Below, in pieces: positions 36,076 through 53,059 of a DNA stretch of 64,000 nt. Numbering within the stretch: the stretch's first letter is position 1; the number at the start of each line of letters is the position of its first letter. Below the pieces are notes generated by a model. That model saw only the letters and a program-made list of their open reading frames with translations. It was not told where the DNA came from and ran no database searches. The position numbers and the translations under genes were made by a program. The stretch lies in NCBI RefSeq assembly GCF_009914755.1, contig NC_060942.1, one strand, 5' to 3'. The DNA is from the human T2T-CHM13v2.0 reference genome, Homo sapiens.

Positions 36076-38910
36076 CTCAAAGGTATGTAAATAAGCCATT
36101 TGGGAAGATTTACATTGTTTTCCTTATAACTATAATGCAGAAACAGAGATATTGAGCTTATCTCAGCATGGTTAAAACTCAAGAAATATCAAGATTATGT
36201 TGTGAATCTCCTTAGTGGATCAAAGCACTTGCCAAAGTTCTTCTTCAACACTTTCATCTTCGAGGGTCCCAGGGATGAAAAATGTGAGGCACATGGGCAA
36301 AACTAATACTCTTACAATGCAAACTGTCTGTGGCATTACATTTCATAACATGGCTAATACATTGATATGCTTTTATATTCTGTGCACATATTCATAATCC
36401 TGGCTTCTTATATTAAAAAAAAAAACCCAACAACCTCAGTGGTGGTCTCATCTGGTGTCTGCTTTTACAGATGACACTACAAAGCCCCAGAGACAAGAAG
36501 TTGCCTAAAGCCACCTAAGTATTTAAACATTTTTGAGACCTGAATGGCTTAGGTGCCACTCATTTAATTCTTTGTTTTGTTTCTTCCTGCAATTCCATGG
36601 GATATATACATTGTAAGCATGTAAACATTTATTAAGCTAACATACAAATATTTCATTAGTTTTATTTGTATACCTATAAGGTACACCCATCAATAAAAAA
36701 TGCATTCTTAAGACCCAGGCAGAATTATTAAAGATCATCCACAGAACTTAAACCTCCTCTTCAATCTCTCTAGGAACCTGGCATAACCAGTTACCCCTGG
36801 CTTGTAACTCATCCAGAGTCACATAGTAAACTTAGGCCAAACCTAGACTTCTCTCCTAACAGATTATTTTCAGAGTTGGGCCTAGAGCATGGAGCTTTCA
36901 GCTCTCAGGCTATGTTACTTCTCTCATATCAAGCTGACATTTATTTAACTTTCATTGCTTTTCCAACATCTCAACCAGGCTCTGCTTGCAAACATCCAAT
37001 AAATGGAGTCCACCATTGATGGAAATAACATATTCTGCCATAGGAATATTGTTTCTGATTTTAATCTTAAATTAGATTCTGTTTGACTCCCACTCCTCTG
37101 ACCTAGTTTGTCCCCTGCCCGTTGTGTTGTGCCACCCTACCATGACATCCCTTATACATATTAAGACAACCACATGTTCCTGCCACGCCACCGTCCAATC
37201 TTCCATTACCAGGCTCAGCTTTCCTATTCTATTCTCCCTTTCATTCTTCACATTGTGTCTCCCCTCTTTTGGGTATTTCTCATTGTCTCTGGGAAAACAT
37301 TGTGCCCCATATAGAACACGATTTCCTAGATGTTCTCTGATCAGTGTAGAGTATAAGGGAGCTGTTATTCACCGTGAACAGGATACTAGCTTTCCATCAA
37401 GCACAAAGACTCATCAGTTTTTACTTATTGCTTTGTTAAGAGGTGATGAATTTGCTCAATTCTTCCCTTGGTTTCTCAGCAGAAGGCAGGCAGAGGAGCA
37501 ATGGGCTTGATTTCAAGAATCTCTTTCCTGCTAGAACACTGAAGAGCTTGTCAATATCTTTTCTAGGTGCGGTTTGTCAAACCAGTATTCCAATAGACAG
37601 CCATTAGCACCTCACCCTATGCTTCAGAATCACATTTGGGGGAATTTACTTTGACTGATCACAGCTTGCAAGGATCATTTGGTTCTGTGAATCCAATGTT
37701 ATGTTTTAAAAGCTGTTTCCTATCAGTGAAAATTTGTGTACCCCTTGCCTATACTAATTTGCAAAGAGCAGGGTAGAAAAAAAAAAAGTCATTTGGTTTT
37801 CTATGAGTCTTGTCTGAAGGAAAGAACAATCTCTCTCCCCACTTCTCCCCACCTCTGTAAAAGCCAGCAACTGAAGATAAAAGATATCACACCTCCTAAG
37901 AAATCTGATGAAAGTAAATTGTCATTCTGTTGACATTTTGAGGTGGCAAATTTCCCAGGCCCCGGCAATATGGATAGTTTTCTTTCTAGGAATGTATCTG
38001 ATTTGGGAAGTTTACTGTTCTATAGATTGGAATGTGGTGATCAGTCAGATAAAACCATCAATGTCAGTGTAACTCTGATTCCTATAATAAGCTGTGAATG
38101 TATTTTCATCAGAGCACCAAAGACAGATAAAATTCCTTAGCAAAGGAGATTCAACGATATATTTCTCTTCTATGGAAATAAGTAACATATGGGCGAAACA
38201 TAGTTAATTGGCCAAAGGAAAAAAAAAATCCAATTGGTGACACTAACAATAGATTTTACAGGAAAATATGTGATAGGAAAGAAACATGCATTGTTTGGGA
38301 CACCTGTAGTTAATTATTGCAGGTAAAGACATTAAAATCAGTTTCTTTGCTCATATATCTTCATAGACTGTTTGGCAATATTAAATGACAAAGGCTTAAT
38401 AATCAAAAGTACTGAGTTAGCAAATGTTTTCTAATTTTAATAACTTCTTGTTGTAATTACCAAGTCTTAGAGTGAAATGATTTAATTAGAAAGTAATCAG
38501 GAAGTGTCTACTGTTAATTGAAGGAATTATAAAAGATCTACATTTTTAATATATTTCTGAGGTAATAAAATTAGTTTACCATAATTATTTTTAAAGCACC
38601 CTGATGAGGAATATTTGATGTGGGAGCAAAGGAATTGATACTTTTAAGAGTGGCACCCATCATTGAGAACATGGTGGGATTACAAGATCTCATCCTTCTT
38701 GTCTGGGAAATACTAGTAATAACAATGATAACAGCTAATATTTATTAAGAACTTACCATCTGTCAAGAGAAAGTAATGCATATCAGAAACCACACTGTTT
38801 TATTCATCCATGTGTCTTCTGTGCACACAATAGGCCTCCAATGAATAATTTGAAATCATGTTGAATGAACACATTGAAGAATCAAAAATAAGAAGCTGTG
38901 GCAGGGCCAC

Positions 38911-39288
38911 TCATATGGTTTGGCTCTGTGTCCCCAACCAAATCTCATCCCGAATTGTAATCCCCATGTGTCCAGGGAGGGACCTGTAATCCCCACATGT
39001 CAGGGAAGGGAGGTGGTTGGATCACAGGGGTGGTTTCCCCCATGCTATTCTTGTGATAGTGAGTTCTCATGAGATCTGATGGTTTCATAAGGGGCTCTTC
39101 CCCCTTCACTCTTTTCTCCTGCTGCCTTGTGAAGAAGGTCCTTGCTTTCCCTTCACCTTCCACCATGACTGTAAGTTTCCTGATATCTTCCCAGCCATGT
39201 GGAACTGTGAGTCAATTAAACCTCTTTCCTTTATAAATTACCCAGTCTCAGGTATTTCTTTATAGCAATGTGAAAATTGACTAATACA
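38911..39288 (+). mobile_element. THE1D-like MaLR solo LTR
   Basis: T(C)ATATGGTTTGGCTCTG...CTAATACA, 5-bp TSD GCCAC at 38906-38910 and 39289-39293. Confidence 0.93.
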
Positions 39289-41421
39289 GCCACCAATCTC
39301 AGTTTTGGTAGTGTTGGTCTGCTTACTCACTCTTATCGTTAGAACCCTCTTGTTGGCACATGCTCTTTTGGGGTGAGTAGACTTATTTCTACTTTCCCTG
39401 AGCTCCAGAGTATAATACACATTTAGAGTATGACACACATCTAGTTCAGTTCAAGTGGCAAAGATCTTGCCACAGACTGTAGGATACAAATGTTCACTTT
39501 TTGTCTGCTGCTGTTTGTTTATCCTCATAGCATCCAACTACTTGGTATTAATGGGTATTTGCAGGATGGAAGTAAATGAAATAGACCTTTAAAGGCAAGG
39601 TAGGGAAGGAGGAGAAATAAAGAGACATTAACTTCAACTCCATGAAAGCAGGAATGGTTTTACTGAATACTACAAAGATAAAATCATTCAGCTTCATACT
39701 GTTGATGTGAAGTCAAATTGAGATATGCCTTTAAGTATTTAACTGTACAACACAATCATTTTTATGGGCACTGGGAAATTCACCTTTTCACTAAACACAC
39801 CTGTCTCCTCCTTCCCTCCCAGGCCCATCACTGTGGTATGCCTGCCTCACCATCCACCTCCTTCAGCCACAGTGAATTACCAGAGACTTAATAGTTAACT
39901 GGGGCTTAATGACTCTTTGTGCATCTTGGACCATCAGCTCCTCCTGGATTTTCATTAATCCCAGGGGCAATGGCTTAGACCACAATCATTATTGCTTTAA
40001 CAAACACTTCCAGGATACAATGAGAGTGACTTTCCATTTATCTTCTATGGAAATTCATTCTGCAGGAGTGACACCGTCAGCTTAAGACACACAAGCTATT
40101 GTCTTGCAGCTAAAAAAAAAAAAAAAAAGATATTACTGCTTTCTGTACTTATTATATGGAAAGATAAAAGCTAATTAATTGTTATAGTTCCTGTTTTCCT
40201 GGAGACAGAGAAATGTATCTAACGTTCTTTTAAAAAAGTTTTGTTAATATTGTGAGGAGATATTTGGCCTTTATATGAGTAAAAGCTTGTGGAAGGATGA
40301 GAGGGATATGGGAGGTAGACAGTGAGGAACTGATACCTGAAGAGTTTGTATTGCAAAGAATGCAAAATTTAACTGACTAAACCAACAAACAAATAAATTA
40401 AATAACTAATATTAATTCATTTACAAATTCCTGTATTTCTCATTTATTTTTAACCTTAGGTTTGTAGACTCAACCTACAAACGCTATCGATTCAGTCACT
40501 ACAAAACAAAAACCAAATGAAAAGCTAAGCTTACAATTTATGTATAGTGGCACTAGGTAGCAGAATTTGCTTCAGTAATATACACTTGACGTTATTCATC
40601 AATTATCCAGATTACAATAAGAAACTTTATGGTATATTATTATTAAAGAATATATTGAAGCAGATTAACATAAATAAAATGGAGAGTACATTCAAATATG
40701 CTCTTTGAGAGTAGCATTTAAGCATTGTACCTTACATCCAAGGTATAATGCATACTTTTACACCAACTTCTAGTATTTACTTCTTAGACAGAAAATTCTG
40801 GCTCTCTTATTTAATTTCAGAATCCCAACATTTGGTTCTATGCAAATGTTACTTTATTTGGAACCAAAAAATGTGTACAGTCTATCACAGTTATGTGTAA
40901 AGTTTATCTGCAATATATATTCTCTCATTTAACAGTGACCTAATTACTGGCTATAAGGAATACACTTTTCTCTGTTTCCCTCCTCCTTCTTTTCCAAATA
41001 CCATTTTTCTCAAAATTGCAGAAGCAGAATGGAGAGAATCTTATGGAACACCTCTGTGCCCAGTTTTCTACTGCCACTGCCCTCACATTATCTAATGTGC
41101 AGTAGGGCAAACCATGTAACGTCTGTGGATGTCCCTGTCTTTAGGAAGTCTTGAAGCATACAGAGGAGGATATATTCTAGAATTGCTAAGGTCCTTGTGG
41201 TTTAAGGGTGTATGATTCAAGAAAAGAAAGTATGTTTTCCCTTTTACCTTTGTGGAAGAGAACAATTTCCCCTATCCATTTTCTAACACGTTAGATGGAT
41301 GTCACCATGATTTCTCCTTATGATGAAATAGTGCTTCAAAAACAGTAACTCACGCATACAGTTAGTCCTTGATATTGAATTTTCAGAAATTCTTTTCAGA
41401 AATGGTTTGTACATGCGTATT

Positions 41422-41547
41422 CCACATTAGTATAATGATCTATTTATGGGTCTGTTTTCTCTAATATTCCTCAAAACACATTAGATCAAGGAACACAGTG
41501 TTTTGTATTTTGATTCCATGATGGTGCTTATAAGCAGCAGTGAATAA
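41422..41547 (+). repeat. 126-bp copy of 42356-42481
   Basis: Ungapped alignment, 19 mismatches (~85%). Confidence 0.9.
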
Positions 41548-42044
41548 GGTTTCAGGGAGAACAGCATGTTTTTATAACAAGTTTAGAGAGGCATGCAGAA
41601 CCTGGAGTAAGTATATGCTTCATTGTTGACCTAACCTTTAAGAACGTTCTCCTTACGGGTTTTTCCATGAGGTCTGTGTAAAATGTTACTTAACAATAGT
41701 AATGTATTTATTAAGTAACTGTATGTTTTCCATATTAATTCATCACAGACCTACCTGACTACCATCAGAATTTGGATTCAGAATAAAAAATAAATTTACT
41801 ACTTAGTGCTCCTATAATTCCAACTGAAGGAACAAAATATTAGGCCAAATGATATGATCAAGAAAGTTCCTATTCTTGATGTAGGTTTTTGAGATACTGA
41901 AAATAGCTTTTCAGTTTCATTTCAACTGAAAGTCCCCTGAAGGCCTATGTACCCAAGGTGGAGGCCTATCTTTTACCAGAGTAGGAAACTAAAGTTGGTA
42001 ATTTACCAAAGGTAACAAGAGTAACCAGTGGTAGTATTACATGT

Positions 42045-42490
42045 CTCCTCCTGTATTGCCTATCTTTGGTCCTAGAAAATTGGGAAGTCATCATAAACTC
42101 CTTGTGATCTCAACTGTTCCTGAGAACTGTTGGATTGTCCTCATATATGTCACCTGTCCTCAGTAAACAAGGCTACTGTATTATTAGTTCAGTATTTCTT
42201 CATTTTGTTCCCCCAGACTAGTGTGCTTTTAATTGGTCTTCCTGACCATTAGTCTTCAACACACTCTTCCAAAATCACCTCTGATCTCCCCTTGAAATTA
42301 TGCAGCTTACCACCGTGTTCCCACAGCACATTCTTTCATGATACCAATGTTGACCCCATGTTAGTATAATGATTTATTTATGGGCTCATTTCCTCTAATA
42401 CTCCTCAAACCGCATTAGATCAACGAACACAGTGTTTTGTATTTTGATTCTGTTATGGTGCTTGTAATCAGCGATGAATAAATATATGTG
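42045..42490 (+). mobile_element. L2 relic (3' region)
   Basis: ctagaaaattgggaagtcatc..ttaattggtcttcctg..cccacagcac..tgaataaat. Confidence 0.55.
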
Positions 42491-42791
42491 GGTTATGTGT
42501 CCATAAAAAAATTAAGATTAGTAGGACTATTTAAACATTTTGCAGTTGGGAGAAGCATGGACTTTCTCACCACTTTTCCAAATATGATCCTATAGAAGTA
42601 TTCTTTGCATCTGGGTGAAGATAAGTTGAACAACAACAACAAGTCCTGCTTTCAAATACTTGGATATAAATTGATGGAAGCCGTTTTTCAAAGAGGAAAG
42701 TTTTCTTAAATGATATAGCCATATTGGATTATTGAAGAAAAAACAGGGATTTGAGAGGAGGAGTAAATTCTTGGTTTAAAGAGATAATTTT

Positions 42792-43089
42792 GCAGAGCAT
42801 GGTGGTTCACACCTGTAATCCCAGCACTCTGGAGGCTGAGGCAGAAGGATCACTGGAGCCCAGGAATTTGAGACCAGCCTTGGCAACAAAGTGAGACCCT
42901 GTCTCTACAAAAAATACAAAACATTTTAGCTGGGCATGGTGGCATGCACCTGTAGTCCCAGCTACTCAGGAGGCTAAGGTGGGAGGATTGCTTGAGCCCA
43001 GGAGGTCGAAGCTACAGTGAGCCATGATTGTACCACTGCACTCCAGCCTGGGTGACAGAGTGAGACCCTGTCACACACACACAAAAAGA
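42792..43089 (+). mobile_element. AluJ
   Basis: Full sense Alu, J diagnostics (gagcccaggag), (CA)n/A tail, TSD core agataattt on both sides. Confidence 0.95.
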
Positions 43090-44920
43090 AAGATAATTTC
43101 AAGAATTGTAACTTCCATGCACATCCTGTGAGACCATACTTCAGGGGTGTAATTTATGTTAGAATCCTGGATTGGAAGGACTGCTGGAGCACTGGAGGTG
43201 GTCTCTCTCAGGTGGCTCCCCATCATGTGTGTGTTAACACACTGGATGTGAGAAAACAAAGGTGTTCCTCCAAGTTTCCTCCAGTTGCACCCTTTTTCAG
43301 TTAATGTGCCTTTTTATTCCCTCTATGTCAAATGTGCTTCTGACTTCTATGCCCAACATATAAGAATGTATGCTTATGCTTCCTTGTTTCCTAGAGATTT
43401 TTCTAATATTTGAAGTCCCTATTGCCTGGTAGAATTAGGTAAATTCTTTGTCAAACATCTTCAAGTTTATCAAGGAAAGCTGTTGTGAAAAAACCATAAT
43501 TTTAAACCTTTCTCAAAGAAATTGCTGAAATTATTCCCCTTTCGTCCAAGTCCAAAGTGAAATGATTGGTGTTTTAAAAGCAACACATATTCAGCTGTCA
43601 CTAAAGTGATGTGATGTAATCTTCCTGCTTTCAGAAAAGTGTACAATATAAGACTCATCTTAAATACACTATGGCCATAATGGAGAAAATTTCTCCACAT
43701 CTGAATTTTCCATGGAAAAAGCATTTTGAACAAATTTGGGAAAATCCAACAGTTTTTCTTTAAGGGGAGTAGGCTCAAGAAATGATATATCAATAATGTA
43801 AATGGATTTAAAAATGACCACATACAGGCATATACATTTACCTAATATAGCTCAAAAATGTGAAGGAAACAGAGAGGATGACACAGTAACATTTCTCAAA
43901 CCCCAGACTGCAAAACCAAGAGTCCTCAATTTTGCAAACTGAAAGAGAATGCATCCGGTCAGTTGCAAAGGTATTGAGCTTCTTACTCCAGCTTGATGTC
44001 TGTTTGAGATGGATTAGTCAGCCTTTTGATAGCCACGTTCCTGCCTGCTGCTAAGACAGTGACATTGGCCAAACTAAAGGGGTCATTTTCCATATGAACA
44101 TGGTGACTAATGTCATGAGAATCAGAATGACCAGATGCACCATGGCATAAACCTCATTTACTAAATATGGGTAAGTCCTTAGAAGCTACTTCAGCTCTAG
44201 GTTGCCCAGAGGACAGACAAATAAGCCGCATGAATACAGTTAAAGTTATAAAGCATAGTGTGTCTTTTCCACTCTCTTGCCTCAAACATTATTCCTTCTA
44301 TCTCACATCACCAATGCCCATTCTGCTCATGTAACCCCAATCAGTTAACATGGCCATTTACAACTGAGAAATTAAAATGTCTGGAGGAGCCTGGGTAGAT
44401 GACTATCACACTGAAGTTTTACAGATTCAGGAGTCCTGTGCATTTTGGGCAATGTGCACCCTCGTGGTGCCAATTGCCTCTTGAATTGCTGAGTGAGCGG
44501 TTGTCCTGTGCCTATATCTACTTTAGGCCCAGGACAATCGGTAGTTTTTCAAGGGCATAAGTTTAATTAAAGTTTCAAGAAAGACTTTGAAGGAAAATGG
44601 AATTATGCTTTTTCCTGTTGGAGAGTGTAAGTGAGGCAGATTCATTAGGAAATGAGTCTTCAGGACTTACTGAGTTTTCTTCAGTAGAGTGGAGCTTTGT
44701 TGTGGTCCTATATGACATTCAGTGAAAGGATGGAGGAGCCATGTTGTATTTTCCTCAATGGGATAATCTGAGAATGAGAATTTCCCAGAATTCTCTGTTT
44801 CTTTCTTTCTTACATATTTGTTTTCAGAGATTTGATCCATTGATATGTGAAGCTTGGCTTTATTCAAGAGATTATAACCTCAATTATGTAATGATAATAA
44901 TGTCTTACATTTATCTAGAT

Positions 44921-45157
44921 CAGGATTTTAAAACTCAGCACTATTGACATTTTGGACCAGATAACTTTGTATGAAGGAGGGCTTTCCTGAGCATTGTAGG
45001 ATGTTTAGCAGCATCCTTCACATCTACTCGCTAGATCTAGTGATGCCACCTCACTGTGATGACAATCAAAAATATGTCTCCAGATATTACCAAATGTTCC
45101 TTGGCAGGCAGGGGTAGAGGGAGTAGGGGAAAAATGGACTCCCATTGAGAACTAGTG
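44921..45157. mobile_element. MER20 hAT-Charlie element
   Basis: cagcactattgacattttggaccagataa..ttgagaactagtg. 8-bp TSD atctagat/atgtagat. Confidence 0.88.
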
Positions 45158-45689
45158 ATGTAGATCTTTTAACTTTTCAAAGTACTTTCATGTCACGTTG
45201 GATTCTTACAACAAGACTGTGAGGACAAGTATTGTCATCCCCACTGGACAGGGAAAGGAGAAATGTAGATCCCCAGAGCTTTAGGCCCAGGGCTTCATAA
45301 AACTATGGTGTTGTTAGTACTTGGAGCATAATATTTTATCTATATATATGTACTGAATGGAATGTTGAGTTAATATACTTAGTGACAGCATTCAAATGTG
45401 AGCCTGGAAAGGCAGAAAGAAAAACAGGGATGTGAATATACCCATATTGAAATAATTTTTTCTTCTGCTCAAGACTTGACGGTATTCTACTTGTGTCACC
45501 AGATGTTCCACAGAAAAGAGAAATGTTATGTACTAATTCTTGATCATGTATCACATGCCTCCAGGAAAGTAACTTGCATAATTGCTTTTATTATTTTTGA
45601 GAAGTTAAACACATTAAAAAAACAGTAATAATATGACAGTGTCCCTGCTACTCTGAATACTGAATATTAACAATTTATACTTTTGTTTT

Positions 45690-46515
<826 letters not shown>

Positions 46516-46789
46516 TGATGACTTGATGTAAAAAATAACTGGGGCAGAAACATGTGACAGTGAGGAAAGAAAAGTCATACATCTTAGGGAGAAATCTTGG
46601 GATACAGAGAAATGTAAGAGGGACAGGGTTACAAAATGTCCAAGGAGGGAAGAATAACACTGCAAAGTCTTTGAAAATTGAACTGACATTAGAACCACAA
46701 TTCATAGAAGGAAGATTAGAACTTCTCACCTAACCAGGTTGGCTGATTACTGAAACAAGAAATAAAATATCATTGTAACTAACTAGGTT

Positions 46790-48710
<1,921 letters not shown>

Positions 48711-48712
48711 TA

Positions 48713-48880
48713 CAGGCATAGTTTGGAGATATTACAAGTTGAATTCCAGACCACTGCCATAAAGTGAATATCACAATGAAGCAAGTCACCTGAATTTTGT
48801 GGTTTCCCAATGCAAATAAGTTACGTTTATGCTATACTGTAGTCTATTAAGCGTACCATAGTATTATGTCTAAATGCACA
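48713..48880 (-). mobile_element. Tigger1 terminal fragment
   Basis: TA followed by CAGGCATA..ggagatatt..ttccagaccac..aagtcac (Tigger1 terminal inverted repeat end). Confidence 0.8.
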
Positions 48881-48894
48881 TAAAATTCAGCTTT

Positions 48895-50260
48895 GAATGC
48901 TTTATTTGGGGGCTATGTGTCTATACTTAGGAGAGTTAGTCTACAGTATGATTATTTCTAAGTATCCTTGTTAAACTTTTGTGTCAAAGTTATGCCAGTA
49001 TAATATTTTTAAAAATTGGGTGTTTTTATCCCCTTCTTTGAGATAATCGTGTAATAAATAGATTATCTCTTTCTTAGCATCTACATATTATTTTTAGTAG
49101 AGTACTTTTCTATATTTTATAGTCTCTTTTTCATTGTTATAAAGTTTAAGTATTATTTTTCATAGTTAAAAATCGTATTTGCATTTTAATTTATGTACCA
49201 TTTATTGTTCCAAATGTTTTTATCAGATTGGTTTATTGCTTTTTATCTTATATATCTGTTCATGGAGTCCCTTATTAATTACTAATGTTTGTTTTTGCCT
49301 TTTCTATCTTTATTTTTTACACATTGAAGTTAGAAGTTTATTTTTCTTATTAATTTTTTCAAAACAACACCACTTTTTATTTTGTTGATTCTCTGTATTG
49401 CTTCTTTGTGATTTCTCTTTTTAATTATAAACATTATAAAGTACAACTAGTTGATTAATTAATTTCTGATTTTATCATTGTTATTTCCTTCTACTTTTTA
49501 GGTTTATTATTTTCCTTATCAGGGAAACATAATTCATCTATTTTTAATCATTATAATTTTAAATTAATACTTTTACAGCTAAATGTAACTTTTTAAAACA
49601 TAATTTCCATTGTGATTTCTTTCTTAACTCACAAGTTATTTAGCAACCATTAAAACAATTCAAACTTTTTTTTGATTGCCTTCTTCCTGATAATTTTTAA
49701 TTAAGGGCAGTTTGGTCAGTGATTATGGCTTTCATAAGGTTGAGTGTTTGAAATTGTTTGATAATTGCTTTCTGATTTCATTTATATATAGTGAATTAAA
49801 AATATTTCATGTGTACATTAAAATAATATATAATCTTTATTTTCAAAGCAGAATTCGACAAAAGCCCATCAGATAGATATATTTAATTTGTTGTTCAAAA
49901 CTTCCATATTGGTAGAGATTTATTGTCATTTTAATGTATCAGTCCCTGACAGATCTGTTTTAAAATTTCCTCTATAATTATATATTAGTCATTTGTTCTG
50001 AAAATTCTGTCAGTTTTAGCATGACATATTCTTCATTGAACAACCCTTCCTTCTAACTTATTAATTTAAAATTATTTTTAGTTTTTAAATTAAATGTTAA
50101 ATTTATTTATATTTCATAGCTAATTAAATTTACTCATTTGTAAAATCCATTTCGGTGCTCATCATCGTGAGTCTTACCTCTAAGCACACATACTTCCTGC
50201 TGAAGTGAATACCTTAATAATTTCTGTGATGAAAGTCTATGGGTAATAAACTCATTTAGT
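48895..50260 (-). mobile_element. Old L1M ORF2 fragments
   Basis: Very T-rich antisense L1 with motifs such as ttttttcaaaacaacac..tttgttgatt and ttccattgtgatttctttctt. Confidence 0.7.
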
Positions 50261-50996
50261 ATTTATATAACCAAAACAGACTTTCCAAGAAAATAGAAGA
50301 CAGTTGTCTATATCAATCTGTTCACTTCTTCTCCTCTCCAAATCTCTTGATTTCCCCCAACTAGTCAGACTTTTGTTTTATCATTTTCCCAAATTGTCTC
50401 TTGTTAAGGACAGTAATCACTTCTGCTGTCAAATCCAAGTGGTATGTTTTTGTCTTATGTACATGTCTGTGTGTGTACAGATATGCATATATACATGCAT
50501 TGCTCCATATTCTAACTTTCTTTTAACATTTTCTTTTAAATCTGAGGACTAATGGTTTTATTACAATTTGAATAATTCTTAGATAGCACCTCCTCAAGTT
50601 TCTCTACCCTTCCCATGTTTTTTTCCCTGAAATTTCTCATCCTATTTTCTAGGCCCTCAACTACTTTTTCCACATTAAAAAAAAAAACGTGTTTCTTGGA
50701 GTTATCTTCAAATTTATGAATTCCAACTCACTAATATCCAGGGTGGAGCAAAAACTAAATTTTTGTTTTCAAGATTTTTGATATTTTTTTTAAATCTCTG
50801 TGCTTTGGCTTCACTCATGCATAATTTTGTTTCATAATTTCTTGTTTTTTTTTAGGAGGTGTTATACCTTTGTGTGTCTTTTAGGCATCATAAACATTTA
50901 GTTCAAAGCCTTTGTAAGACATTTTATAAAACAAGATTCACCTGTTATGTTACTTCACCTGAATCTATGTTACAATTACTTAAAATTACAAATATT

Positions 50997-51289
50997 GGCC
51001 AGGTGTGGTGGCTCATGCCTGTAATCCCAGTACTTTGGGAGGCCGAGGCGGGTCGATTACCTGAGGTCAGGAGTTCGAGACCAACCTAATATGGTGAAAC
51101 CCTGTCTCTACTAAAAATACAAAAATTAGCCGGGCACAGTGGCGGTTGCCTGTAGGCCCAGCTACTCAGGAGGCTGAGGTAGGACAATCGCTTGAACCTG
51201 GGAGGTGAAGGTTGCAGTGAGCCAAGATCGCGCCATTGCCCTCCAGGCTGGATGACAGAGCGAGACTCCGTCTCAAAAAAAAAAAAAAA
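50997..51289 (+). mobile_element. AluSx/Sz-like
   Basis: Full sense Alu with poly(A). TSD aaaattacaaatatt / aaaattacaaatgtt. Confidence 0.96.
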
Positions 51290-51647
51290 TTACAAATGTT
51301 TTTTATTAGGAACTTTGGAGGAGTCTAGGGTACTGCTGAGAATCCTAGAGTTAGAGCAGAACTTCCAACACAACATTTGTTAAAGGTTGCAGCCTACCTG
51401 ACCAAGTTTAAGGGATAACCTCCTCTTTAAATATTGGCTTCTGTGTTGATGGCATGTAGAGAACTCTTTGAGCCATAGCTAAGGTTTGGAACAGGGAGGC
51501 CTAAAACAGTGATGCTGTCCTAATAAGACATCAGGTTTAGGTAGGGATCTCTGCCAGATATGAGAAAATCAGGGAAAAGGCAGCACTTTCACTTTCTTTC
51601 CCCAAAACTACAGAAAGGGATAAAAACGTGTATTGGTTCACAGGTAG

Positions 51648-52137
51648 TATTATGGGTTGAACTGCATCTCCACAAAAGGTATGCTGAAGTCCTAATCTCC
51701 AGTACCTTAATTAAATATAACCTTATCTGGAAACAGGGTCTTTGCGGATGTAATCAATTTAAGATGATATCCCACTGGACTATCACCCATCCTAATGCAA
51801 AGATTGGTATCCAAGGATGCCAATGACGAGTATCTTTATAAGAGAAAGGAGAGGGAGATTTAGACACACAGAAGACAGACAGGGAAGAAGGCTACATGAG
51901 GATGGAATCAGAGATTGAAGTGATACCACATCAAAAAATACCAGACATTACTGGCAACCAACAGAAACTAGGAACAGGCAAGGAAAGATTTTTCCTTGGA
52001 TTCTTTAGAGGGAGCACAACCATGCCTGCACTTTGATCAGCACTTCTGGCCTCCACAACTGTGAAAGAATACACTTTTTCTGCTTTAAGCCACCAGTTTG
52101 TGGCAATTTGTCATGGCAGCCCTAGGAAAATAATACA
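51648..52137 (+). mobile_element. MLT1C-like MaLR solo LTR
   Basis: T(A)TTATGGGTTGAA...GCAGCCCTAGGAAAATAATACA. TSD ggtag/ggtgg. Confidence 0.87.
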
Positions 52138-52445
52138 GGTGGTCTTCCTCTCCCTCCTAGAGCCTAATTTTATCATTAAGGTCTATCTTTGCTCAGCTGT
52201 AAAGCAACCTCTGTTGGGGAGGTCCCTGGAATCAATTGCCCACTCTTTAGTCTGGAGAGACATGTATGCTTGGGAGTATCTCTGAATTCTTCACATAATC
52301 AGGCCTCAGCGAGTTCCTCCAAGAAAGGTGGGGAAGGTAAAAGATTAAAGAAGGGAGAGAGTTGGCAGACATGTGTCTACACCTTGGTATACCATGTTAC
52401 AATTCTTATACATTTATAATGTGTTTTTGCAAATACTGTCTCTTT

Positions 52446-52512
52446 GATATATAATATATGCATACAATTATAAATATATATATGTATAGCAATATGTTTA
52501 TATATATATATA
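52446..52512. repeat. Degenerate (TA)n
   Basis: AT dinucleotide-rich tract. Confidence 0.7.
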
Positions 52513-53059
52513 TTCTCTCTCTATTTCTCTGGGTTGTCCTCACCCAATTGTCAAGGTCTTTCATGATTGGTAGTTCCTACCCTTGTCTCCATAGTTTTTT
52601 TGAGGTTCTTGCTGATTCAGTTGGCCAGCCAGTGGATATCTTGTTTCTGTTACTGATTGAAAGGCTGTTCCTGTTTCTGTACTTATTTTGGCTTGAAGAT
52701 TGCTTTAGCCATGATCAAAGACAGCAATTGTAAACTATTTTTTTTGCCTGAGTTCTCAAGCAAGCATGTTCCACCACAGCTTTAGAAAAGCAGGCTAAAG
52801 TGTCAGGCCCCTGTTTTGAGTGGGGCAACACTGCTCCCCTTTTGTCTAGTGGCTTTGAAACCCATATAACCTCTCTCTGCCTGATGGGAAAGCACAAACC
52901 TTTGGTTTTAGCTTACTCATAACTACTTGTACTCTGTTCCATTTCTTGCCCCAAGAGATGTTTTTATTGCATTTGTGCCCAGCTAAATCTTGAGCGCACA
53001 GATGATCAAAATACTGCTCCATCTTGACCACGAGCCTCTGATACCTTCTCTCAACTCAT

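Noticed and set aside
38956-39012. Internal tandem repeat tgtaatcccca..ggg
   Set aside because: As recalled, this is part of the THE1D consensus rather than a local event.
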